64,000 bases of DNA from Escherichia coli (GTDB taxonomy: Bacteria > Pseudomonadota > Gammaproteobacteria > Enterobacterales > Enterobacteriaceae), in the NCBI RefSeq assembly GCF_016903815.1, contig NZ_CP069973.1; one strand, 5' to 3'. The notes under the pieces are model-generated. The model searched no databases. It was given only the letters and a program-made list of their open reading frames with translations, and had not been told where the DNA came from. Numbering within the stretch: the first letter of the stretch is position 1; every line of letters begins with the position of its first letter. This document shows, piece by piece, positions 54,610 through 63,238 of this stretch. Made by a program: the position numbers and the translations under genes.

Positions 54610-55407
54610 TAGTGACAGATCGTGACAAGGCAGAGCAAAAAACGACCAATATAAGAGAAATATCCCTGCCCAATCGCCAAAAGCGCGGAGCGCGGAGCGC
54701 GGCAAGCGCCGCGAGAGGCGCAAGAAGGCGAACCTATCCATTGAAACGGTCAGAAGAGCGCATCGCGCTCGATGACCGAAGTCCCCACTAACACCGTTAA
54801 CGAAAGATCAAAGTCTTAGAAAAAAATGACGTTTCTTTGAAGGGCTTCCATCCGTAAAAATCAAATTTTGAGATAAAGTACTTATAGAAATTAATCACTC
54901 TATAAGAGTGAGTTGACGTGAGTTTGAAGTGAGCAACATATTAAAAATATATATAATAATCAAACATATAATAACAACTACTGAGCAAAAATCACCAGAA
55001 AACAACGTCAACGTAACGTCACTCTGTAAGCACTTTTTCAGTCACTTTTTGGGTTGAATACACGTATAAATCCCCAACCATGAAATTTGAGCGCGTAAGC
55101 ACGACTCTGAAAGGCTTTTTATCTTTTAACCATTTAATATACCTGAGGTATTGAAGAAGATTCTGAGACATATACTAGAACTTTACCGTGCACGACTAAC
55201 AACATAAACGTTATATTTATATATAAATCAATGAGATAAATACATCCCCATCCAAAAAACAAGCATAACGCAAAATTGCGTTATCAACTTAAAAGGTACG
55301 ATTGAATCTGACAGTCTGCTCTGAGCGAAATGTGGGCACGTTCACCATAAGTCTCCAGATTGAAACGAAATGATAGTGTTAAATGTTCGATAGTTACTTT
55401 TCTAAGC

Positions 55408-56400
55408 TCAACGTTCGTAATAGTAATCCGACACCTCAGTAAAATCTATTTCCTCCCTAGAAAGTAATGATTCCATCTCATCTAGTTTATCGATTTGAGG
55501 CAAAACACTTGTTGGTGAAATCACAACATTAAAGTCCTCATTATATCGGTGACCTACCCTTGTGAGCTCTTTACCTAATTGCAACAATATATAATCACGT
55601 AAAATAAGTTGATTCCGTCTAAATCGAATAAGACGATAGTAATGGAAGAAATCAGAACATTTTGATGAATCATAATTTCTACCATTCCACCCGGTTTTCC
55701 TCGTAGCTCGGAATAATGCTTGCTCTTGCGTATTTTTCCAAATGCTAAAATCAAAGTGACTTTTCGGGTTAGGATTTTCGTATGTTGCTTGAGGATAAAA
55801 ATTAGTAACACCAAATTGATGCTTGTCAATGATCTTTAAAGTCCGATTTTGTTCAGACAACATCCGCCTTAAGGACCTAGGAATTTCGAAACGCATTAGT
55901 TTGTTTTTATCCAAGATTCTTAATTCTCTTGGAAGCATCTCATGATCCCGTTCTAAATATCTTTCACACCGTTTCGGCACATACTGAAAATACACTGAAA
56001 AAAAACAAAATATATTATCAGAAACGAGAGGAGTAATATGTATTTTTTCTTGCTCAGGAACGTTTTGAACAAAATAGTATGCCGTTCCTTGCCAAATCAA
56101 CGATTGCGCTACTGCCTCCACCAATTCACGTATTGTTTCATCTACCGAGTATTTCCTATATCTAGCTTGTAAATTTCCAAACATTTTACGTATGAGTTCT
56201 TCGTCGTTAGTTTCGACTTGAAACAAATTGGTATCACCGTGATTTACAAAATTAAAAACTCTAGCAAAATCCTCATAAAACATCCTTTGATAGAAACCTG
56301 GTCGTTCATTCTTAGACTTGGTCAATAGTCTATCAACAAAACTTAATTGCTCAGGATCGACGCTATAACCGTAAAGGGGTATATTCTTGATAATTTTCAT
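55408..56400 (-). CDS. Uncharacterised soluble protein, second gene of a candidate two-gene accessory (defence?) operon
   Basis: 330-aa ORF, ATG at 56400 with AGGA 7 nt upstream; ATGA overlap with the upstream gene stop; AT-rich; no family motif recognised by eye. Confidence 0.6.
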   Translation of the reverse strand: MKIIKNIPLYGYSVDPEQLSFVDRLLTKSKNERPGFYQRMFYEDFARVFNFVNHGDTNLFQVETNDEELIRKMFGNLQARYRKYSVDETIRELVEAVAQSLIWQGTAYYFVQNVPEQEKIHITPLVSDNIFCFFSVYFQYVPKRCERYLERDHEMLPRELRILDKNKLMRFEIPRSLRRMLSEQNRTLKIIDKHQFGVTNFYPQATYENPNPKSHFDFSIWKNTQEQALFRATRKTGWNGRNYDSSKCSDFFHYYRLIRFRRNQLILRDYILLQLGKELTRVGHRYNEDFNVVISPTSVLPQIDKLDEMESLLSREEIDFTEVSDYYYER

Positions 56401-58862
56401 TCAAAATCCTTATCGTATTCCACGCCAAAACGACGAGCCAACTCACTAACATGGTAATCGATCTTGAAGTCAATTTGCTCGAGTTGCGGGAAAATTTCGA
56501 GAGCACAAAAGAGATGCGATGCATCTGAATGGGAGTTTAAGAACTCTCTGACAACTTTGTTCGTATGAGATTTCCCTCGATTCATTCCCATTTGATCGCT
56601 AAAGCCATCATGTCTTGCGCGGCGCTCAAATTCCATTTTCCAGTTAAGACGAATCATATCTCTCGGTGATGCGCACAAGCTGAAATTGCGCGGATTTGAA
56701 AGAATCATCATTCTCTTCAAATACTGCTGTTTGTTGGGAACAGACTCGAGCCAAGACTTAAACCTATCAAGTACTGTTTTAGATAGTTTTGCATTATCGA
56801 AATAAGCACTGTAAAGGATAGCAAAACCTAGAACTGACATCAGATCGTTGATCGCGGATGAAAGGAGATGCAGTCGAAACTCGTTGTTTATATCGAGTTT
56901 CGGATCTACAAATTTGGTATCTGATGCCAGCAATGAGAGAACCATGAACATAGGGAATACCTTGCTCAGTTTATTTTCATCATTCTGTTCAAGCGCATGT
57001 ATACATTCCTCAGCCAACTCAAAATATATCTGTCCAAAATGATCCGGTAGTTCATCATCTTGCTCTTGTTCAATGATATGTCCCACAATTTCCACCCTAC
57101 CAAGAATAGCTATAGCTTCATCCTGTGTAACGACAAACTGTTTGAGCATTTCAGCAATATTAATTTCTGGTAATGCGTATAGCTTTTCAGAGTAGTGCTC
57201 GTACTTTCTGTATCTCTCCAAGAGCAGAGAAAGTTCATTAAACCAATGGGGAAACTTCAAATGATTATGTAGGCTAGCGAGAACGACTTGCGTTGCGGCT
57301 TCCGGCATCTTCATGTTTATCAGTGAGTTAACGAAATCTGGAACCATGTTTACGTGAAAATCGCATACTTCTGGCAGAATTTTAGAATATTGTTGTAATA
57401 ACTTCTGAACCGCCAACTGCTGGACGTACTTTGGTTTGGATAATCTCTGTCCTTCAATCTCTTTTTCGAATTCGATACGTTCTACGATAAAGGCCAACTC
57501 AACCTGCAGAAAAGCAGGCAAAGTGTGTAGAGAGGTCTCTGTCCAGATATCATCTTTAAAGAACTGCTCCAATTCTTTCTCAAAAGTAATCATGCGGCGT
57601 AACATTTCAAGGCAAAGATTGCTGCCTAATGCAGCCCATGCATCCGCAATTCCAACTTTTATCACCTTTTCCTCAAAATAATTAACGACATCAGACGGTG
57701 TAAAGGCTTTTTCAATGATCGTCTTCATTTTCCGAAGTTCACGTATACCAATATCGAACTGAAACTGTTGTGCATAAGTTAATATACGAGATGAGAATAG
57801 ACTGATGAGATCCAACCCGAGCTTGAAATCACCGGCTTTGAATGCAAGTTCAATATGGCCTACCAACCTATTGATAATTTCATTCTCTAACCAAAGATAA
57901 TTTGGTTCTTCTTCAACCGTTAATTGGCTCCTTGTTTTTAAAGCAATGGATGTTACACTGTCGCCAGCTAAGAACCATTGCTTATGTTTTATTCGTCTAG
58001 GGAACCAGTAACTTTGATAATCAATTCTGTGTTTCTGATTAAGGTAATGAAGAAGTAATGCCGAATAAACATTACTGAGAGCAGGTAAATTATCTCCGAG
58101 TCCTACTTTTTCACATATCAGGCGATCATCAATGTAGTTTAACTGCTCAAAGGCCAAATGTGCGGCTTTAGAGTGATGATTAGCTAAAGATACTGAATTC
58201 TTGGGATTAGACGCACCTTCGATGTGTCGTGCAATTCGTGGGAGTATTTCACTTCGGGCTAACTGATTTAGGTCAAAAAAATTGAATAATCTTTGACCTA
58301 ATGGGAACAGAGCTAAGGAACTAACAAGTGTCAGCAATGTTCCCATTGCATAAACGAAAAGACCGGGTTCAACCCCGAACAAGTGGAGAGCAGTTGCACT
58401 AAGACAAAACACCGCAGAAAGCACTAAAGTCCGCGAATACACATTACCTACCTGCTCGGTAGTAAGCATTTGTATAATATCTCGCCGAAGTCTGGTATAT
58501 CCTGTACTTAGAATGATACCTATTGTAGCAAAGTATATTGAAAATATAGCGGTAAGTATCTGTGCGTACAACCTAAGTTGATCAATATTAAATTTTTTTT
58601 CATCATAGCTAAGAGGATGAAGCAAAATCGTATTATTCCGAATATAATCTTCAACAAAACCCAGTGCAAATAACGTTAATATGACCCATAACAAATTTTT
58701 TAAACCTACCAACGCAAAAGACATAAAAACATGAGCGTTAGACTTAGCTTTAAAAACAGACGTACGATGTATGTATGACGCACGTTCTAAAATAAATCTA
58801 ACCCTCACAAGATCTGTTCTTAATTTCCAGAACCACTTTTGAGAAATAAGCCAAACCTTCAT
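56397..58862 (-). CDS. Uncharacterised large membrane-anchored protein (four N-terminal TM helices plus ~600-aa cytoplasmic domain), first gene of the candidate operon
   Basis: ORF 56397-58874 (TTG) with first ATG at 58862 (about 821 aa); hydrophobic segments VFMSFALVGLKNLLWVILTLFALGF, LYAQILTAIFSIYFATIGIILST, RTLVLSAVFCLSATALHLF, LFVYAMGTLLTLVSSLALFPL; no Walker A, HNH or other obvious motif found by eye. Confidence 0.6.
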   Translation of the reverse strand: MKVWLISQKWFWKLRTDLVRVRFILERASYIHRTSVFKAKSNAHVFMSFALVGLKNLLWVILTLFALGFVEDYIRNNTILLHPLSYDEKKFNIDQLRLYAQILTAIFSIYFATIGIILSTGYTRLRRDIIQMLTTEQVGNVYSRTLVLSAVFCLSATALHLFGVEPGLFVYAMGTLLTLVSSLALFPLGQRLFNFFDLNQLARSEILPRIARHIEGASNPKNSVSLANHHSKAAHLAFEQLNYIDDRLICEKVGLGDNLPALSNVYSALLLHYLNQKHRIDYQSYWFPRRIKHKQWFLAGDSVTSIALKTRSQLTVEEEPNYLWLENEIINRLVGHIELAFKAGDFKLGLDLISLFSSRILTYAQQFQFDIGIRELRKMKTIIEKAFTPSDVVNYFEEKVIKVGIADAWAALGSNLCLEMLRRMITFEKELEQFFKDDIWTETSLHTLPAFLQVELAFIVERIEFEKEIEGQRLSKPKYVQQLAVQKLLQQYSKILPEVCDFHVNMVPDFVNSLINMKMPEAATQVVLASLHNHLKFPHWFNELSLLLERYRKYEHYSEKLYALPEINIAEMLKQFVVTQDEAIAILGRVEIVGHIIEQEQDDELPDHFGQIYFELAEECIHALEQNDENKLSKVFPMFMVLSLLASDTKFVDPKLDINNEFRLHLLSSAINDLMSVLGFAILYSAYFDNAKLSKTVLDRFKSWLESVPNKQQYLKRMMILSNPRNFSLCASPRDMIRLNWKMEFERRARHDGFSDQMGMNRGKSHTNKVVREFLNSHSDASHLFCALEIFPQLEQIDFKIDYHVSELARRFGVEYDKDFE

Positions 58863-59087
58863 TATATCAATCAAGTGATACCTGCCTTCTCATCTCTACA
58901 TGCAACATAAAAATGCTTACTATGGTGGCAAACAAAATCAAGAATCATATGTTTGAACACTTTTTACGCACGAATTATCCGGTGTAAGATACTTATAGTC
59001 AAATGGCAGGGCTAATCTCATCTGTATTGAGCTATTAACAGCCATATGTAAGACTAAGAAACGCGCCCAGCAAAGGCGCGTTCTGCA

Positions 59088-59264
59088 TCAGGTAAGTTTG
59101 CTGGGGTCTACGGTTTCCATCCAATCTGGAGCAATTCCCAAACGTTCCGCTATCTCTTCGTTGGTCATGTCTTCAGTTGAGAAATTAGCCAGAGAATCGT
59201 TAACTTCAGGATAGTCAGGGGAGAGTAACAGGTATTCCCGCAACGCTTTCAGATCTTTTTCCAT
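59088..59264 (-). CDS. Small hypothetical protein with downstream terminator
   Basis: 58-aa ORF (MEKDLKALREYLLLSPDYPEVNDSLANFSTEDMTNEEIAERLGIAPDWMETVDPSKLT), not in the ORF track; followed on its strand by hairpin aacgcgcc/ggcgcgtt (59056-59086). Confidence 0.3.
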   Translation of the reverse strand: MEKDLKALREYLLLSPDYPEVNDSLANFSTEDMTNEEIAERLGIAPDWMETVDPSKLT

Positions 59265-59431
59265 TTTAACGCTCCTTGTTTATTGACAGTCGAACGATGG
59301 TGAAGATTCTTGCCATCTCAAGTACAGGCAAGAAAATCCACCAGAACACCAAATTATCTCATAAGGTTAAATCGGTGTCGGGCTATTTCTTTCGGCTAGG
59401 TGAGTGTACCGCCTTAACCACCGGCAATTAT

Positions 59432-59560
59432 CATTGTCTCAATTGGGTATACCGTAATGACAAGGTGATACAAAGTCTCAATAGGGTTGTATAGGAACAT
59501 TTTGACTACACAAAATGCATTATGTATCATTTGCACTTATATTCACAACCCTATTGAGAC
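59432..59560. promoter_or_regulatory. Putative recombination (res-like) site with perfect 16-bp inverted repeat upstream of the serine recombinase
   Basis: gtctcaatagggttgt (59475-59490) and acaaccctattgagac (59545-59560) are perfect reverse complements separated by 54 bp; a related half-site 'tgtctcaattggg' lies at ~59437-59449. Confidence 0.5.
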
Positions 59561-59566
59561 AATGCA

Positions 59567-60193
59567 ATGAACGTTAGAATTTACTGCCGAGCATCAACTG
59601 AGGGGCAACACGCTGATCGAGCACTTACCAGCCTACGTGAATTTTCAAAATCAAAAGGCTGGCAGATTGCAGGAGAGTATATAGAAAATGCTAGCGGGGC
59701 GAAGCTTGAGCGCGTAGAGCTTATGCGGCTATTGTCTGAAGCCCAGTCCGGCGATCTGTTGCTAGTGGAAGCTATAGATCGTCTGAGTCGCCTAGAACAT
59801 AGCGCATGGGTCGAACTGAAAGATACGCTCAACCGAAAAGGGTTAATCATCGTATCAATGGATTTACCAACGAGCTGGCAGATGGTCGAGATGGCAGGCA
59901 ATGACCTAACCAGCGGCATCCTGAGAGCCGTAAATGCCATGTTGATTGATATCCTTGCCACAATGGCACGGCAGGATTACGAAACACGTCGTAAACGCCA
60001 ACAGCAAGGCATTGAGCGAGCTAAAAGCGAAGGAATATACATTGGCAGGGAGAAAAATCAGGAAGCCCGAGAGATCGTTAGAGAGATGTTGGAGCAAGGA
60101 GTAAAACCTGAACTCATCATGAAGGCAGCAGGAATCAGCCGAGCGACTTACTACCGTATAAAAAGTGAGCTGTCAGTCGTAAAATCAGAATAA
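59567..60193 (+). CDS. Serine recombinase (resolvase/invertase family)
   Basis: 208 aa; N-terminal catalytic region 'VRIYCRASTEGQ' with the nucleophilic Ser; C-terminal HTH 'ISRATYYRIK'. Confidence 0.85.
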   Translation: MNVRIYCRASTEGQHADRALTSLREFSKSKGWQIAGEYIENASGAKLERVELMRLLSEAQSGDLLLVEAIDRLSRLEHSAWVELKDTLNRKGLIIVSMDLPTSWQMVEMAGNDLTSGILRAVNAMLIDILATMARQDYETRRKRQQQGIERAKSEGIYIGREKNQEAREIVREMLEQGVKPELIMKAAGISRATYYRIKSELSVVKSE

Positions 60194-60327
60194 CCTTTGA
60201 AAGGTCGTCAGGCTTGTTTCATCTGCTAAAAGCCAGCATTTCTGACCATAATACCTGGGGGCACCTACTGGGGCACCCACCAAAATCGAAAGACAAATAA
60301 GTTATAATTCAATCTGTTAGTTTACTT

Positions 60328-60350
60328 TTCGATTCCTGCAGGGGACACCA
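60328..60350. repeat. att core repeat (third copy of argW 3' end); distal junction of island 2
   Basis: 23-bp TTCGATTCCTGCAGGGGACACCA identical to argW positions 10812-10834. Confidence 0.8.
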
Positions 60351-60790
60351 GATACCCTTCAAACCAAATCTACCTTCACCCCGTAAAAGATGGGTTTGGC
60401 GCACACTAGCCCTATATCTACTCATTTTTACTGCAACAGGTTGAAATCTCAGCACTGTCAGAAAGCGCTGATGACTAAACAGCCCTGGGCCGGGCGATGT
60501 AACCATCATACAGAATCCTGATAGCGAAATATGGCGTGACTCGATACTTCACTCTGCAATGCATTCCTTGATGAATTCGCAGGCCCGTGATACTCGGGAC
60601 AGGTCGCTGAATGACGACAATGTCCTGGAAATCAGCGAACCGCGTATCCGGAGTACATTTGAGCGACTGTACCAGAACATGAATGAGGCGTTTGGATTAG
60701 GTGATTATTAGTTGGGCTAAGCATTTTTGTATTATTATTTTCCGGTTGAGGGATATGGAGATATCGACAACAACCGGAAAAAGTTTACGT

Positions 60791-62038
60791 CTATATTGCT
60801 GAAGGTACAGGCGTTTCCATAACTATTTGCTCGCGTTTTTTACTCAGGAAGAAAATGCCAAATAGCAACATCAGGCAGACAATACCCGAAATTGCGAAGA
60901 AAACTGTCTGGTAGCCTGCGTGGTCAAAGAGTATCCCAGTCGGCGTTGAAAGCAGCACAATCCCAAGCGAACTGGCAATTTGAAAACCAATCAGAAAGAT
61001 CGTCGACGACAGGCGCTTATCAAAGTTTGCCACGCTGTATTTGAAGACGGATATGACACAAAGTGGAACCTCAATGGCATGTAACAGCTTCACTAATGAA
61101 ATAATCCAGGGGTTAACGAACAACGCGCAGGAAAGGATACGCAACGCCATAATCACAACACCGATAAGTAATGCATTTTTTGGCCCTACCCGATTCACAA
61201 AGAAAGGAATAATCGCCATGCACAGCGCTTCGAGTACCACCTGGAATGAGTTGAGATAACCATACAGGCGCGTTCCTACATCGTGTGATTCGAATAAACC
61301 TGCATAAAAGACAGGAAAGAGTTGTTGATCAAAAATGTTATAGAAAGACCACGTCCCCACAATAAATATGACGAAAACCCAGAAGTTTCGATCCTTGAAA
61401 ACTGCGATAAAATCCTCTTTTTTTACCCCTCCCGCATCCGCCGCTATGCACTGGTGATCCTTATCTTTAAAACGCATGTTGATCATCATAAATACAGCGC
61501 CAAATAGCGAGACCAACCAGAAGTTGATATGGGGACTGATACTAAAAAATATACCGGCAAAGAACGCGCCAATAGCATAGCCAAAAGATCCCCAGGCGCG
61601 CGCTGTTCCATATTCGAAATGAAAATTTCGCGCCATTTTTTCGGTGAAGCTGTCAAGCAAACCGCATCCCGCCAGATACCCCAGGCCAAAAAAGAGCGCC
61701 CCCAGAATTAGACCTACAGAAAAATTGCTTTGCAGTAACGGTTCATAAACGTAAATCATAAACGGTCCGGTCAAGACCAGAATGAAACTCATACACCAGA
61801 TGAGCGGTTTCTTCAGACCGAGTTTATCCTGAACGATGCCGTAGAACATCATAAATAGAATGCTGGTAAACTGGTTGACCGAATAAAGTGTACCTAATTC
61901 CGTCCCTGTTAATCCTAGATGTCCTTTCAGCCAAATAGCGTATAACGACCACCACAGCGACCAGGAAATAAAAAAGAGAAATGAGTAACTGGATGCAAAA
62001 CGATAGTACGCATTTCTGAATGGAATATTCAGTGCCAT
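60791..62038 (-). CDS. cscB: Sucrose:proton symporter (oligosaccharide/H+ symporter, LacY family)
   Basis: 415-aa 12-TM protein; translation matches my memory of CscB; adjacent to cscK and divergent cscA. Confidence 0.9.
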   Translation of the reverse strand: MALNIPFRNAYYRFASSYSFLFFISWSLWWSLYAIWLKGHLGLTGTELGTLYSVNQFTSILFMMFYGIVQDKLGLKKPLIWCMSFILVLTGPFMIYVYEPLLQSNFSVGLILGALFFGLGYLAGCGLLDSFTEKMARNFHFEYGTARAWGSFGYAIGAFFAGIFFSISPHINFWLVSLFGAVFMMINMRFKDKDHQCIAADAGGVKKEDFIAVFKDRNFWVFVIFIVGTWSFYNIFDQQLFPVFYAGLFESHDVGTRLYGYLNSFQVVLEALCMAIIPFFVNRVGPKNALLIGVVIMALRILSCALFVNPWIISLVKLLHAIEVPLCVISVFKYSVANFDKRLSSTIFLIGFQIASSLGIVLLSTPTGILFDHAGYQTVFFAISGIVCLMLLFGIFFLSKKREQIVMETPVPSAI

Positions 62039-62099
62039 AATTACCTGCCTGTCGTTAAAAAATTCATGTCCTATTTAGAGATAAGAGCGGCCTCGCCGT

Positions 62100-63023
62100 T
62101 TACTTCTCACCTTCCAGTTCTTGTCGACATGGCAGCGCTGTCATTGCCCCTTTCGCTGTTACTGCAAGCGCTCCGCAACGTTGAGCGAGATTGATAATTC
62201 GTCGCATTTCTCTCTCATCTGTAGATAATCCCGTAGAGGACAGACCTGTGAGTAACCCGGCAACGAACGCATCTCCCGCCCCAGTGCTATCGACACAATT
62301 CACAGACATTCCAGCAAAATGGTGAACTTGTCCTCGATAACAGACCACCACCCCTTCTGCACCTTTAGTCACCAACAGCATGGCGATCTCATACTCTTTT
62401 GCCAGCGCGCATATATCCCGATCGTTCTGTGTTTTTCCACTGATAAGTCGCCATTCTTCTTCCGAGAGCTTGACGACATCCGCCAGTTGTAGCGCCTGCC
62501 GCAAACACAAGCGGAACAAATGCTCGTCTTGCCATAGATCTTCACGAATATTGGGATCGAAGCTGACAAAACCTCCGGCATGCCGGATCGCCGTCATCGC
62601 AGTAAATGCGCTGGTACGCGAAGGCTCGGCAGACAACGCAATTGAACAGAGATGTAACCATTCGCCATGTCGCCAGCAGGGCAAGTCTGTCGTCTCTAAA
62701 AAAAGATCGGCACTGGGGCGGACCATAAACGTAAATGAACGTTCTCCTTGATCGTTCAGATCGACAAGCACCGTGGATGTCCGGTGCCATTCATCTTGCT
62801 TCAGATACGTGATATCGACACCCTCAGTTAGCAGCGTTCTTTGCATTAACGCACCAAAAGGATCATCACCGACCCGACCTATAAACCCACTTGTTCCGCC
62901 TAATCTGGCGATTCCCACCGCAACGTTAGCTGGCGCGCCGCCAGGACAAGGCAGTAGCCGCCCGTCTGATTCTGGCAAGAGATCTACGACCGCATCCCCT
63001 AAAACCCATACTTTGGCTGACAT
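62100..63023 (-). CDS. cscK: Fructokinase (PfkB/ribokinase family)
   Basis: 307 aa; PfkB signatures (N-terminal GxAxxD region, C-terminal 'DSTGAGDAF' motif). Confidence 0.9.
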   Translation of the reverse strand: MSAKVWVLGDAVVDLLPESDGRLLPCPGGAPANVAVGIARLGGTSGFIGRVGDDPFGALMQRTLLTEGVDITYLKQDEWHRTSTVLVDLNDQGERSFTFMVRPSADLFLETTDLPCWRHGEWLHLCSIALSAEPSRTSAFTAMTAIRHAGGFVSFDPNIREDLWQDEHLFRLCLRQALQLADVVKLSEEEWRLISGKTQNDRDICALAKEYEIAMLLVTKGAEGVVVCYRGQVHHFAGMSVNCVDSTGAGDAFVAGLLTGLSSTGLSTDEREMRRIINLAQRCGALAVTAKGAMTALPCRQELEGEK

Positions 63024-63128
63024 TTTTTTCCCTTAAATTCATCTGACTTACGCATAGTGATAAACCTCTTTTTCGCAAAATCGTCATGGATTTACTAAAA
63101 CATGCATATTCGATCACAAAACGTCATA

Positions 63129-63204
63129 GTTAACGTTAACATTTGTGATATTCATCGCATTTATGAAAGTAATGGACTTTATTTTTATAAAAGTTAACGT
63201 TAAC
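63129..63204. promoter_or_regulatory. Divergent cscKB/cscA promoter region with two copies of the 12-bp palindrome GTTAACGTTAAC (candidate CscR operators)
   Basis: GTTAACGTTAAC at 63129-63140 and 63193-63204 in the intergenic region between cscK and cscA. Confidence 0.5.
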
Positions 63205-63238
63205 AATTCACCAAATTTGCTTAACCAGGATGATAAAA

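Noticed and set aside
59276-59494. 72-aa plus-strand ORF upstream of the serine recombinase
   Set aside because: It overlaps the inverted-repeat (res-like) site and the promoter region and has no RBS or family features; more likely non-coding regulatory DNA.
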